Of a DNA stretch of 64,000 nucleotides, positions 19,624 to 29,013 are shown piece by piece (the stretch's first letter is position 1; each line of letters opens with the position of its first letter). This stretch comes from Vampirovibrio chlorellavorus (GTDB lineage: Bacteria > Cyanobacteriota > Vampirovibrionia > Vampirovibrionales > Vampirovibrionaceae): the NCBI GenBank assembly GCA_001858525.1, contig LAPX01000001.1:161473-225472 (forward strand), read 5' to 3'. The notes under the pieces are model-generated. The model did no database searches and was not told the DNA's origin. It worked only from the letters and a program-made list of their open reading frames with translations. The position numbers and the translations under genes were made by a program.

Positions 19624-19833
19624 CTACTTTTGGTCGCGGGTGGTAATTTTTACCACGCCGTTTACTTTCCATTTGGCCTGCTGAGAGTCCTGCGCCGTGC
19701 TGGAAGGCACAAATACTTCCAGGTTCTCAAACTGATAGGTAATTTCAGCCCCACGGCCGGTCAGTTTGTCGTATAAACCAATGGCCAATTCCGGCCAGGT
19801 GTGCGTTTCTTTGTCAGCAATTACATTCGCCAT
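19624..19833 (-). CDS. hypothetical small protein (69 aa), upstream member of the pair
   Basis: ORF MANVIADKETHTWPELAIGLYDKLTGRGAEITYQFENLEVFVP...; coding-like. Confidence 0.45.
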   Translation of the reverse strand: MANVIADKETHTWPELAIGLYDKLTGRGAEITYQFENLEVFVPSSTAQDSQQAKWKVNGVVKITTRDQK

Positions 19834-20070
19834 AATGAATCAACTCCCATCTCTCAATAACAGCCAGTACGCATTTAAAACCTGTATACCGATCAGTATA
19901 CTGATGAACTTTGTTTTTTACAAGTTCTCACGGATTATCGATTTTAGCGGTCTTTCATTCTCAAGAAAATTAGTCAGGTCGCTAGGCAGGCCTGCCTCCT
20001 GTCATCCTTCCAATCTTCAACTTGATAAAACCCACTTAAAGTTGGCCTGAGATTGATCTAGACTAAGCCT

Positions 20071-20550
20071 ATGAAAAAATACATGCCGTTTTTTATCATC
20101 TTTTTGCTGATCAGCACCATTCCGGCGCTGGTGTTTGCCCTCTTTCCCAAGGCCGCTTCCAATATCAACAGCGGCGATATTCCCAGTTTCAATCAAGCGA
20201 CGAGTAAAAATTCAACCGGTGAGCAGGAAGTACAGACCGCGGATTATCTGCTGCGTTGGCGCAGCGAGCCCGGTCCGCTCAAAGCGGGCCAACCCACTCG
20301 TTTGACGCTGAATATTTTAAGTCGGGCCTCTGGCAGCCCTTGGGATGGACACCCCACCGCCACCCTGATTAGCCGCTCCAAACTTGGTAGCGAGACCAAG
20401 CCCATTCCGGTGAACGTGAAAGCCACCCAGCAAAGCGGCACCTTCCAACTGGGAGCCAGCATTCCTCAAGCAGGCCCGTGGGCCCTGCACTTAAACTTAA
20501 ACGAGCATCAAGAACCTTTGGTTATCCAACTCTATATTCCTGAGTCTTAG
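20071..20550 (+). CDS. secreted hypothetical protein (YtkA/FixH-like fold possible)
   Basis: Signal peptide MKKYMPFFIIFLLISTIPALVFA; no catalytic motif. Confidence 0.55.
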   Translation: MKKYMPFFIIFLLISTIPALVFALFPKAASNINSGDIPSFNQATSKNSTGEQEVQTADYLLRWRSEPGPLKAGQPTRLTLNILSRASGSPWDGHPTATLISRSKLGSETKPIPVNVKATQQSGTFQLGASIPQAGPWALHLNLNEHQEPLVIQLYIPES

Positions 20551-20720
20551 CGAGTTACTTTCAATCATTGCTTTCAAGGGGGCTTTGCCCCCTGTAACCC
20601 CCACTGGAGGGAGAACAGAGTCCAGCGCCAGCGCTGCCCCCCCTCCAGACCTCCCCATGCTTATCTATTTTCTCTCATCCTCAGAAGTGTTGGTGACAAG
20701 CGCCCCAGCCAAGCCATCTT

Positions 20721-20862
20721 GTCATTCCCGCGCAGGCGGGAATCCACTAAGCCAACTTGCGTTCAACTTTCTGAATATTTCCTGCATTTTTTCCGAGCAC
20801 GTTTTCTTGAAAAGGGCTTACAGTTCCAGTGCTGAATGGATTCCCGCCTGCGCGGGAATGAC
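20721..20862. mobile_element. MITE-like element, copy 2, same 26-bp dRS3-like inverted termini as 7444..7561
   Basis: GTCATTCCCGCGCAGGCGGGAATCCA at 20721-20746 and its reverse complement ending at 20862; internal sequence differs from copy 1 (mosaic). Confidence 0.55.
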
Positions 20863-20922
20863 AAATAACACATCAAGGGATAATTCAGACCATTCAATCA
20901 AGACCGGCCCCCAATCTTCTGA

Positions 20923-21966
20923 TTACGGGGAGGGATTGGGATATCGGGTATGGATGGCCTCGATGGCGGCCAGCAACTCAGGGGATAAGGTCACCTGGGC
21001 GCTGTCGATATTCTCCTGCAACTGGGCCAGACTGGTGGCCCCAATGATATTGCTGGTCACAAAGGGCTGCTGATTGACAAAGGCCAGACACATCTGGGCC
21101 GGGCTGAGGCCATGTTGGCCAGCCAGCTCTACATAGGCATCGGCGGCGGCCAGGGCTTGCGCATTGGAATAGCGATCAAAATAATCGCCAAACAGGGCCA
21201 TGCGGGAACCGGTGGGTTTTTGCCCATTTCGATACTTCCCGCTCAACAGGCCAAAGGCCATGGGGGAATAGGCTAACAGACCCACTTGCTCCCGAATGGC
21301 CATTTCGGCCAGACCAATTTCAAAGGTTCGGTTCAACAAGCTGTAAGGGTTCTGGATGCTGACTACCCGGGGCAGATTCAATTGCTCGGCCACTTTTAAA
21401 AACTGGGCCACGCCCCAGGGGGTTTCGTTGGACAAACCGATTGCCCGCACTTTGCCCGCTTGCACAAATTCTTGCAACACAGACAAGGTTTCCGCAACCG
21501 GGGTAAAGGTTTCATCGGGTTGGTGTTTGTAGCCCAATTGCCCGAAAAAGTTGGTGGTGCGCTCCGGCCAATGGAGCTGATAGAGATCCAGGTAATCCGT
21601 TTGCAGACGCTTCAGGCTATCGTGCAAGGCTTTTTCCATGTTCTTTCGATCAAAGCGCAGGTTGCCATCCCGAATGTAGGTGAGGCGCTGGGTAGGACCC
21701 GCCACTTTGGAGGCCAATACGATCTTCTCCCGGCATCGGCGAGCGGACAACCAGGTGCCAATAAACGTTTCGGTGATGCCGTAGGTTTCCCCCCGAATGG
21801 GCACCGGATAAACTTCAGCGGTATCAAAAAAGTTGACCCCATGCTCTAGGGCGAAATCCATTTGAGCATGCGCTTCCGTTTCGGTGTTTTGCTCGCCCCA
21901 GGTCATGGTGCCCAAGGCAATCACGCTGACCTTGACCTCGGTATTTCCCAATAAGCGCATTTCCAT
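20923..21966 (-). CDS. NADP(H)-dependent aldo/keto reductase (Tas-like)
   Basis: MEMRLLGNTEVKVSVIALGTMTWGEQNTE...DTAEVYPVP AKR signature; 348 aa from Met at 21966. Confidence 0.88.
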   Translation of the reverse strand: MEMRLLGNTEVKVSVIALGTMTWGEQNTETEAHAQMDFALEHGVNFFDTAEVYPVPIRGETYGITETFIGTWLSARRCREKIVLASKVAGPTQRLTYIRDGNLRFDRKNMEKALHDSLKRLQTDYLDLYQLHWPERTTNFFGQLGYKHQPDETFTPVAETLSVLQEFVQAGKVRAIGLSNETPWGVAQFLKVAEQLNLPRVVSIQNPYSLLNRTFEIGLAEMAIREQVGLLAYSPMAFGLLSGKYRNGQKPTGSRMALFGDYFDRYSNAQALAAADAYVELAGQHGLSPAQMCLAFVNQQPFVTSNIIGATSLAQLQENIDSAQVTLSPELLAAIEAIHTRYPNPSP

Positions 21967-22510
21967 TAGACCATTGCCTCGCCAGTCAACAAACTGACAG
22001 CATCTTATCAGGCCGGTGCCCCATTCCCAATGAGAAAAAAAGAAAAAGCCATGCCCGCAAACAAGAGGCATGGCAGTTCAAGGTTATTGAACTAAATTGT
22101 TAAAGTCATAGTGTATATTACTCAATCCATTCAAATAATTGACAAAAATTGAAAAACTCGTAAACAATCGTTACAATTTTCCGTATGGCTGAGATCAAAG
22201 ACAGTCACAAAGTATCAACCCCATGCCCGGGAAGTTCATGCCGGATCGTTTGAAACCCCAGACTCTTTTCCCTTGATTTTTGACCATCCCCCTCCCAAAA
22301 AAGTGAATGCCGTTCCCAGCCTTGTGTGCGGCACGCCATTTTATAAACGAGTTGTCCCGTAAGGCAACCCTGCGGACAAAGACACATCGCCTGTTCTTTC
22401 GCCACTGAAATCGACCCTTTTAGGCAATTCGTGGCAGATGCCTCACCCCCAAGCCGATGGCTTTCCGCTACAATCAAACCAGCATACCTGAGTATGAATA
22501 ACGAGCAACT

Positions 22511-23635
22511 GTGACCACACCTAAAAAAGAGAGAGTTCAGATGACCGCTATGACGCATCGGTTTAGACGAACCTGTGCCAATCCGATCCGGCTTTTGGGG
22601 ATGCTGGCTCTGCTTGTGGTTCTTGGCGGAAACGCGCAGGCCATGCCGCCGGTCCCCATGCAGTTGCCCGATTCGAGTCCCCCCATTCAGGCACCTATTG
22701 CTACCAATCAAGCGTTGCCACTAAATCCCATTGCCAGCGTTCAACTGATTAATCAAGAATTGCGCCTGATCAGCCCGCCGGGTACTCAGCTACTGGTAAA
22801 AAATCGCTTTGTGCTGCCCAACCCCACCCGATTAGTGGTGGATATCGATCAGGCCCTGCTACCGGAAAAGGCCATACAACTGCCCAGCGGCACCCTGGGC
22901 CCTATGCCTTACACCACCATTCGTCTGGGACAGTTTGACGCCACCACGGTGCGACTGGTCATTGAATCGCCCCAAGCTGACAAACTGAACATCAGCCTGG
23001 GACGAGGTACCAATCATGTCCTTCGGGTGTACGCGCCGGAAGCACCCGGCTTGGCCAGCCGCTTCTTTCAGCGCATGATGGGACGCCCTCAGCCAAAGAA
23101 TCCCCAAATTGCCTACAACGCCCCACCCAGTCCTTATACGGCCACGGATTACCGACCCAATTTTGGCCCACCGCCGCTCTCGTATTCGGCCACCCCTCTC
23201 AACCGCATGAAAATCGTGGACGTGGCCCGTTCTCAGTTGGGCGTTAGCAAAGCCGAAGCCAGAGAGTATGTCAACAACTCCTACAGCTTGGGGAAAGATC
23301 AAGCCTGGTGCGCCGATTTCGTCTCCACAGTGCTGAACTGGGCCGGTGGCTCGCCTTGGGGGCACACCTCGCTGGTGCGGGATATCTACGACTGGGGCAT
23401 TAGTCACCAACGCATCAAACCCTTCCCCGAGCCCGGCGACATCGCCATTTTTCGCTTCAGTGTGTCTGGCTTTGATCACACCGCCATTGTGGAAAGCCTG
23501 CTACCCGATCAGAGCTTCACCACCATTGGGGGGAACGAGGGGACACGCTCTGGCAACGCCCCCGGCGGCATGGTGCAGCGCAATCGTTACCCGGTTGGCG
23601 ATCCTCGCATTCTGGGCTATATCGCGCCACTCTAG
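22511..23635 (+). CDS. secreted cell-wall hydrolase with AMIN domain and C-terminal CHAP amidase/peptidase domain
   Basis: Signal peptide; AMIN-like RLVVDIDQA...TVRLVIE; CHAP catalytic Cys (QAWCADFVS) and His (GFDHTAIVE). Confidence 0.75.
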   Translation: MTTPKKERVQMTAMTHRFRRTCANPIRLLGMLALLVVLGGNAQAMPPVPMQLPDSSPPIQAPIATNQALPLNPIASVQLINQELRLISPPGTQLLVKNRFVLPNPTRLVVDIDQALLPEKAIQLPSGTLGPMPYTTIRLGQFDATTVRLVIESPQADKLNISLGRGTNHVLRVYAPEAPGLASRFFQRMMGRPQPKNPQIAYNAPPSPYTATDYRPNFGPPPLSYSATPLNRMKIVDVARSQLGVSKAEAREYVNNSYSLGKDQAWCADFVSTVLNWAGGSPWGHTSLVRDIYDWGISHQRIKPFPEPGDIAIFRFSVSGFDHTAIVESLLPDQSFTTIGGNEGTRSGNAPGGMVQRNRYPVGDPRILGYIAPL

Positions 23636-23769
23636 AGTGGTCATCAGCATTTTGCAAACCGCTTTGCCCCGCATCACAGCGAGTTGAGACAGCCGAACCC
23701 CTCAGGGCGTATAATAAAATCTGTTGAGGCAGGTGAGGGCAAGAGAATCCGGAAGTATCCCCCAATGCC

Positions 23770-24741
23770 TTGCTTCAGCCGTCGTCGTCTGCTTACCGGA
23801 AACCGTGGTTTATGTGGCCGTTTTTACAATTCCTGACCGTGGGAAACCCTCATTTTAGCGTACTGGCCTTTTACACGGTGCTGGTGCTTACCCTGTATGG
23901 TCTGCTGGGTGCCTTAATTTGGTTAAAACCGTTAGAGGTGGCCAAAAAGCCCTACCTGACCTGGGCCATCATGATTCCCATGTTGATCCTGCCCCTGTGG
24001 CTGGGGCCGGTGTTCTGGATTCTCACCGTGCTGCTGATTTCCATTTACGGATTCAAGGAATTCGCCAAAGGCACCGGGCTGTACGAACAAAAAGCCTATT
24101 GCCTGACCGTCTATGCCGTCATGATCGCCTTGGCTGGCTTTGCCATCATCAACGATTACGGGTTGTTTATGGTCACCCCCATCTGGGGCGTGGTGGCCCT
24201 GACCACCATTCCGGTCTTCCAGAATCGCTTTGAAAACGCCATCCAGAATATGGCCCTATCCGTGGTGGGGCTGGTTTATTTTGGCTGGTTTTTAGGGCAT
24301 CTGGGCTTTTTGGTGCGTTCCGAATATGGGCTGGGCTACCTGCTCTTTGTATTGATTTTCACCCAATTTAACGACGCCATGTGCTTTTTATGGGGCAAGC
24401 TCTTCGGAAAAACCCACTTTACGGCCATCTCTCCCAAGAAAACCATTGAAGGCTCCGTGCTGGCCCTGCTCAGTAGCATGGTCATCGCCTTTTTAAACTG
24501 GCCCATCGCTTTTCCGCATTTTGAATGGTGGTTAGTGGCCCTGGCCGGATTTGCGGTCAGTTTTGGCGGCCAAATGGGCGATTTGGTCATGTCCACCTTC
24601 AAACGGGATTTGGGGGTGAAGGACTTTGGCACCCTGCTACCCGGCCATGGCGGCATTCTGGATCGGGTGGACAGTCTGGTGTGGGTGTCACCCATCTTTT
24701 TCCATATGGTGCGTTATTTTCATTCCGGTTTTGGCTGCTGA
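23770..24741 (+). CDS. cdsA: phosphatidate cytidylyltransferase (CDP-diglyceride synthase)
   Basis: Multi-TM protein with C-terminal signature GKTHFTAISPKKTIEGS...GDLVMSTFKRDLGVKDFGTLLPGHGGILDRVDSL. Confidence 0.88.
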   Translation: MLQPSSSAYRKPWFMWPFLQFLTVGNPHFSVLAFYTVLVLTLYGLLGALIWLKPLEVAKKPYLTWAIMIPMLILPLWLGPVFWILTVLLISIYGFKEFAKGTGLYEQKAYCLTVYAVMIALAGFAIINDYGLFMVTPIWGVVALTTIPVFQNRFENAIQNMALSVVGLVYFGWFLGHLGFLVRSEYGLGYLLFVLIFTQFNDAMCFLWGKLFGKTHFTAISPKKTIEGSVLALLSSMVIAFLNWPIAFPHFEWWLVALAGFAVSFGGQMGDLVMSTFKRDLGVKDFGTLLPGHGGILDRVDSLVWVSPIFFHMVRYFHSGFGC

Positions 24742-25790
24742 TGACCAACATTCGAGAGGCCAGCGTGAATTTAAACCACTGGTGGCCAGTGGCTCACCGG
24801 GAGCGCTTTCCCCGCTCTGGCATCCGTGGTATTCGCATTGGCCCGATGGAGCTGGTGGTGGTTCGCACCGCCCAGGGTTTTGCCGTGTACGAGGACGCCT
24901 GCCCGCACAAACGGGTGCGCCTCAGTCAGTTCGGCACTCTGAAGCAACAACAACTACTGTGCACTTATCACGGCTGGGAATTTGAGACCCGGCAAGGTCA
25001 CTGTACCTCCCTTTGCGGCATGTCCGGCCAGCCGGAACAATTTAACCTGACCCCCTACCCGGTGCGGGAGTATGGGGGCTGGGTGTGGGCCTTCCCCGGA
25101 GAGGCGGCAGGGGCCGAAGCAACCCCCTTGCCCGATATCATGCCCGCCAACACCCCCCATCGCTTTTACCGGGTGCCCATGGAGGGCACCGTCAATTGCC
25201 ACTTCAGCTTTATTACCGAAAACGCCACGGATCTGTTTCACGCGGAATTGCACAAGGCCCAGCAGCCCTGGGCCAATCCCCAACTGCTTTCCATCGAGGA
25301 AACCGAGGCCAGCGTGATGGCCCGTTACCGGGTGGAGACCCCCAATCCGCTTTCGGCTTTGTTCACGGGCCGGGGCCAAAAAGAAGTCATCGTTCGCTAT
25401 GAGTACCCCTACATCCACCTATACGAAGCCGGGGGCGGCTTCTACCTGTTTGTGACCTACCTGCCCCATGATGCGGAGAATACCTATGTGTTCTCCTCCT
25501 TCTACTTTCCGCACATCCTGAAAATAGAGGCCCTGTCCCGCCTGCTGCTCCCCTTGGTCGAGCCCTTGCTCATCCCCATTCTCAATCAGGGCACCTTTCG
25601 GCAAGTCTTTTTACAAGACATTCGGGCGGTGGAGGAAGAACAGCGGGCTTACAACCTCACTGGCCAAGAAGCCAGCCGGGACCCCAACCCGGTCACCCAC
25701 GCCGTGCGAAGGGTCATCCTGAAGCAAACCGAGCACTGCCCACCCCTGCGTCCGGAACCACTCATCCGCCGACCGGGAGCCCCGCTGTGA
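24741..25790 (+). CDS. Rieske [2Fe-2S] non-heme iron oxygenase (PaO/Tic55-like)
   Basis: Rieske motif CPHKRVRLS...CTYHGWEF; start ATG overlaps the cdsA stop (TGATG); the ORF track's upstream extension overlaps cdsA and is not used. Confidence 0.8.
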   Translation: MTNIREASVNLNHWWPVAHRERFPRSGIRGIRIGPMELVVVRTAQGFAVYEDACPHKRVRLSQFGTLKQQQLLCTYHGWEFETRQGHCTSLCGMSGQPEQFNLTPYPVREYGGWVWAFPGEAAGAEATPLPDIMPANTPHRFYRVPMEGTVNCHFSFITENATDLFHAELHKAQQPWANPQLLSIEETEASVMARYRVETPNPLSALFTGRGQKEVIVRYEYPYIHLYEAGGGFYLFVTYLPHDAENTYVFSSFYFPHILKIEALSRLLLPLVEPLLIPILNQGTFRQVFLQDIRAVEEEQRAYNLTGQEASRDPNPVTHAVRRVILKQTEHCPPLRPEPLIRRPGAPL

Positions 25791-26455
25791 AGTTTGAGTA
25801 TCAGCACACCCCGGACTTTGGGCAGCCCCTCCGTCAGCGCTTGGGGAACTATCCCCGCATCCCGGATTTAAGCTGGGATTTTTTTCGCTGGCTGGGCAGC
25901 TGGCTGAGTGTGTTGTTCATTCGTACCCAATTCCGGTTGACCGTGGAAGGGCAATTGCCCCAAGCCAAACGACTAGCCATTGTGGCCAACCACCAATCGC
26001 ATCTGGATACGGCCACCCTGTTGGCGGCCTTGCCTTTCGTCCACCGAAAAAACTCTGTGGTGCTGGCCGCTGAGGATTATTTTTTCAGAAGCGCCCCCAA
26101 AGCCATGGCCGCTTCCCTGCTCTGTCAGGCCGTGGCATTTGATCGATTGCACTGGACTGCCGTGCGGGCATGGTATCAGCACCTTAAAAATCTGGAACAG
26201 GGCTGGCTGCTGTTTTATCCCAGTGGCAGTCGCCATTCCACCACCATTCAGGCCGGATTGCTGAAGATTCTCCTAAAAGAAGGCTGGCAAATTCTGCCCG
26301 CCCGCCTGGAAGGAGCCGATGCGGCCTGGCCCAGTCATGCCCCTCTGTGGCGTCCCTTTCGTCGTTTAAAAGTTACATTTTATGAGCCTTTTCAAGGGCA
26401 TGAAATAGACCGTTTAATAGAGAAACTAGAGCGAGAATTGTACCCGCATGAGTAA
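25787..26455 (+). CDS. 1-acyl-sn-glycerol-3-phosphate acyltransferase-family (PlsC-like) lysophospholipid acyltransferase
   Basis: HxxxxD motif (ANHQSHLD); GTG start overlapping the Rieske stop by 4 nt. Confidence 0.78.
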   Translation: MKFEYQHTPDFGQPLRQRLGNYPRIPDLSWDFFRWLGSWLSVLFIRTQFRLTVEGQLPQAKRLAIVANHQSHLDTATLLAALPFVHRKNSVVLAAEDYFFRSAPKAMAASLLCQAVAFDRLHWTAVRAWYQHLKNLEQGWLLFYPSGSRHSTTIQAGLLKILLKEGWQILPARLEGADAAWPSHAPLWRPFRRLKVTFYEPFQGHEIDRLIEKLERELYPHE

Positions 26456-27101
26456 GCAATCCCCCAACCCAGCAATAAAACCAGACTTGGGTCTGTATCA
26501 AACCAAGTACCTGTTGCGCAACGTGCTGCGCAACATCCCCGGTGTGGGACAGCTTTCCCCCAACCTGCTTTCTATCGCCGCGCTGGGGCCGGGCATGCTG
26601 GCTGCCGTATTTTTGTTTGAAGGCTACTGGCTGGGGGCCATCCTCAGCATTCTGGGACGAATGGTGATTAACACGCTGGACGGGCTGGTGGCAGAAGAGT
26701 TCAATAAAAAATCCCAGATCGGTGGCTACCTGAACCGTCTGCCCGGCGAGTTCACCGATATCCTGATCGTGCTGTCCCTGTACCCGCATGCTTCCATGCA
26801 CTGGGTTCTGGCCTTGATCATCCTGACCGGCTGGGTGCAGATATTTGGACTGCTGGGACTGGCCGCCGGAGGTTCTTCTCAATCGGTCGGCCCTTGCGGG
26901 CAAACCGATCGTCTGGCCATCCTGCTGATAGGCGCTTTACTGGCCCTATTCAAAGTGGATGTCTGGCCTACCCTGGTTCCCCTGATGTGCGCCGGGTGCA
27001 CCCTGACCATTGGCTTACGGATATTCCGCTCTATCCGGGAAATTCACGGTCTGGATCAGGCCAAACCGGAAACGATCAAACAGGATGCAGTCATCGAATG
27101 A
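26448..27101 (+). CDS. CDP-alcohol phosphatidyltransferase family protein
   Basis: Multi-TM; DG(x)2A(x)8G(x)3D(x)3D-like motif NTLDGLVAEEF...GGYLNRLPGEFTDILI; 8-nt overlap with upstream gene. Confidence 0.7.
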   Translation: MSKQSPNPAIKPDLGLYQTKYLLRNVLRNIPGVGQLSPNLLSIAALGPGMLAAVFLFEGYWLGAILSILGRMVINTLDGLVAEEFNKKSQIGGYLNRLPGEFTDILIVLSLYPHASMHWVLALIILTGWVQIFGLLGLAAGGSSQSVGPCGQTDRLAILLIGALLALFKVDVWPTLVPLMCAGCTLTIGLRIFRSIREIHGLDQAKPETIKQDAVIE

Positions 27102-28135
27102 TTTACATGAACTACGCGGGCATGGCCCCGTTACGATTCGGTGCATACCTGAAGGGCCTGCTGGCCCCCGAATTATTCGGCAATACTCGCCTGCCTCAAT
27201 GGTTTGCCCAAGCGGAGCGATTACGCGGTAAAGTAGCGGACTGGCTGGGTTGCCATGCCGATCAGGTGGCCTTTGTGCCTTCTACCAGCATGGCCCTGAA
27301 CACGGCCGCCTACAGCCTGAACTGGCAACCGGGCGATGTGGTGCTATACAACCCGAACGACTTTCCGGCCAATGTGCTGCCCTGGGAAAAACTGGCCCGC
27401 TTCGGGGTGAACCCGGTGGCGGTGGAAAACTGGCAAGACCCTTGGCCCAGCCGTACCCGCATGGTCAGTATTTCCACGGTCAATTACGCCACCGGCATCG
27501 AGCAACCCTGGCGAGACGTGATTCTGCAAGCCCAGGCTCGGGGTATCTGGACCTGTGTGGATGCCATTCAATCGGCAGGCGTTTTACCCAGCTGGAATCC
27601 CGATATCGATTTTTGGTGCGCGGGCACCCAAAAGTGGTTAGTGTCCGGCACAGGCCTGGCGGTGATGGTGCTGAGTCCCCGGGTGTTAAAGCAGTTGCAG
27701 CCGCCCTTCCCCAATTGGTTGAGTTTAAAAGAACCGGGCAAAGTCGCTTCCGGCTTGCTGGAAACCGCCCGGGCCTGGGAGTGTGGCTGGATTAGTCAGG
27801 CCGCGCTGGCCCGACTGGAGAGCAATCTGGATTACCTAACCAAAATCAGTTGGGAAGCCATTACGGAAAAAGTCAAACAACGCCGCAACTACCTGCATGA
27901 GCGTCTGCTGGATATGGGCTGGCACGTGGTTTCCTGCCCCAAACGCTGGTCTGGCATTGTGTCCATTGATCCGGGACCGGGGCGGGCGGAACTGTTGGTG
28001 AAAAGCGCCCAAAGCCGCAAAATTATCGTAACTCAGCGAGGCGATTACGTGCGACTGTCTCCCCATATTTTTAACCCCATGGGACACCTGAAAACCGTGA
28101 CCCAATGGCTGGCAGAGAGTTATACGGCCCTATGA
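27098..28135 (+). CDS. class V (PLP-dependent) aminotransferase-fold enzyme
   Basis: Putative PLP-lysine in CAGTQKWLVSGTG; ATGA overlap with upstream gene; the ORF track's longer 5' extension is rejected. Confidence 0.65.
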   Translation: MIYMNYAGMAPLRFGAYLKGLLAPELFGNTRLPQWFAQAERLRGKVADWLGCHADQVAFVPSTSMALNTAAYSLNWQPGDVVLYNPNDFPANVLPWEKLARFGVNPVAVENWQDPWPSRTRMVSISTVNYATGIEQPWRDVILQAQARGIWTCVDAIQSAGVLPSWNPDIDFWCAGTQKWLVSGTGLAVMVLSPRVLKQLQPPFPNWLSLKEPGKVASGLLETARAWECGWISQAALARLESNLDYLTKISWEAITEKVKQRRNYLHERLLDMGWHVVSCPKRWSGIVSIDPGPGRAELLVKSAQSRKIIVTQRGDYVRLSPHIFNPMGHLKTVTQWLAESYTAL

Positions 28136-28208
28136 CGGCCTGTAATGGCTTATAACGGCGGCCCCGATTCAAGAATTTTTTAAGCGGTCTTTTAAAGAGG
28201 ATGAACCA

Positions 28209-28964
28209 TTGAAATACCTACTCACCCGCATCCTGTTGCAAACCGTTGGTCGCCTGAGTGAAGGCATTCGCCTGGGCTGGCGCACCGGTTTTGATTCTGG
28301 AGTTATGCTGGAGTACATCTATGAAAATAAGCCCCGAGGTACCACCCCCTTGGGAGTATGGGTGGATCGTAAATTCATCTCTCACCCGGTGTGGGACGGG
28401 GTGCGCTCCCGTCGGAATCTACTGATTGGCCAACTGGAGGAGACTTTAACCCACTATGCTCACCCTGTTGTGTTTGATTTCGCTGCGGGCGTTGGCTCGT
28501 ATCTGTTTGCCCTTCCGCAAAACAAAGCCCAAATCATCGCCGGAGATTTTGCCCCCGAAGCGGTAGCTCAGGGCCAGAAAAAGGCCCAAACACTGGGTCG
28601 AAGCGATATCACCTTCCAGAAAAGCAACGCCTTTATGCCCAGCGAACTGGCCTGCCAGCAGGCGGATATTCTGGTCAGTTCCGGCTTTTTCGACATTCTG
28701 GTAAAAGACGAAGAAATCCTGAAGGTGCTGGAAAACGGGTCCAACATTACCCAACCCGGCGCCCGTTGGGTGTTTACCATTCAGGAGCATCACCCCGATT
28801 TGCGCCTGCTGAGGGAAACCATGGTGGATCTGCATCAGCAAGAGTGGGAACTGGTGCCTCGCCCCGCCGAGCAGTTGGCCGACTGGGCCAAACCGCATGG
28901 CTGGGTGCTGGAAAAACTGGAGCGCAATGACTTTTTCGCAGTGGGCACCCTAGTACGCCAATAG
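28209..28964 (+). CDS. class I SAM-dependent methyltransferase
   Basis: Motif I VFDFAAGVGSY and overall Rossmann MTase pattern. Confidence 0.7.
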   Translation: MKYLLTRILLQTVGRLSEGIRLGWRTGFDSGVMLEYIYENKPRGTTPLGVWVDRKFISHPVWDGVRSRRNLLIGQLEETLTHYAHPVVFDFAAGVGSYLFALPQNKAQIIAGDFAPEAVAQGQKKAQTLGRSDITFQKSNAFMPSELACQQADILVSSGFFDILVKDEEILKVLENGSNITQPGARWVFTIQEHHPDLRLLRETMVDLHQQEWELVPRPAEQLADWAKPHGWVLEKLERNDFFAVGTLVRQ

Positions 28965-29013
28965 TTAGTCCGCCAATAGAGCCCTGATAACCCAAAAGTG
29001 AGTTCATTCATTC

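Noticed and set aside
20585-21073. 162-aa plus-strand ORF
   Set aside because: Spans the second MITE-like element and the antisense of the aldo/keto reductase 3' end; contains the same repeat-derived peptide strings
24525-24740. 5' extension of the Rieske oxygenase ORF
   Set aside because: Overlaps the cdsA 3' end in another frame; the start is better placed at ATG 24741, coupled to the cdsA stop
26894-27097. 5' extension of the aminotransferase ORF
   Set aside because: Overlaps the CDP-alcohol phosphatidyltransferase gene; ATG 27098 with ATGA coupling is the likely start
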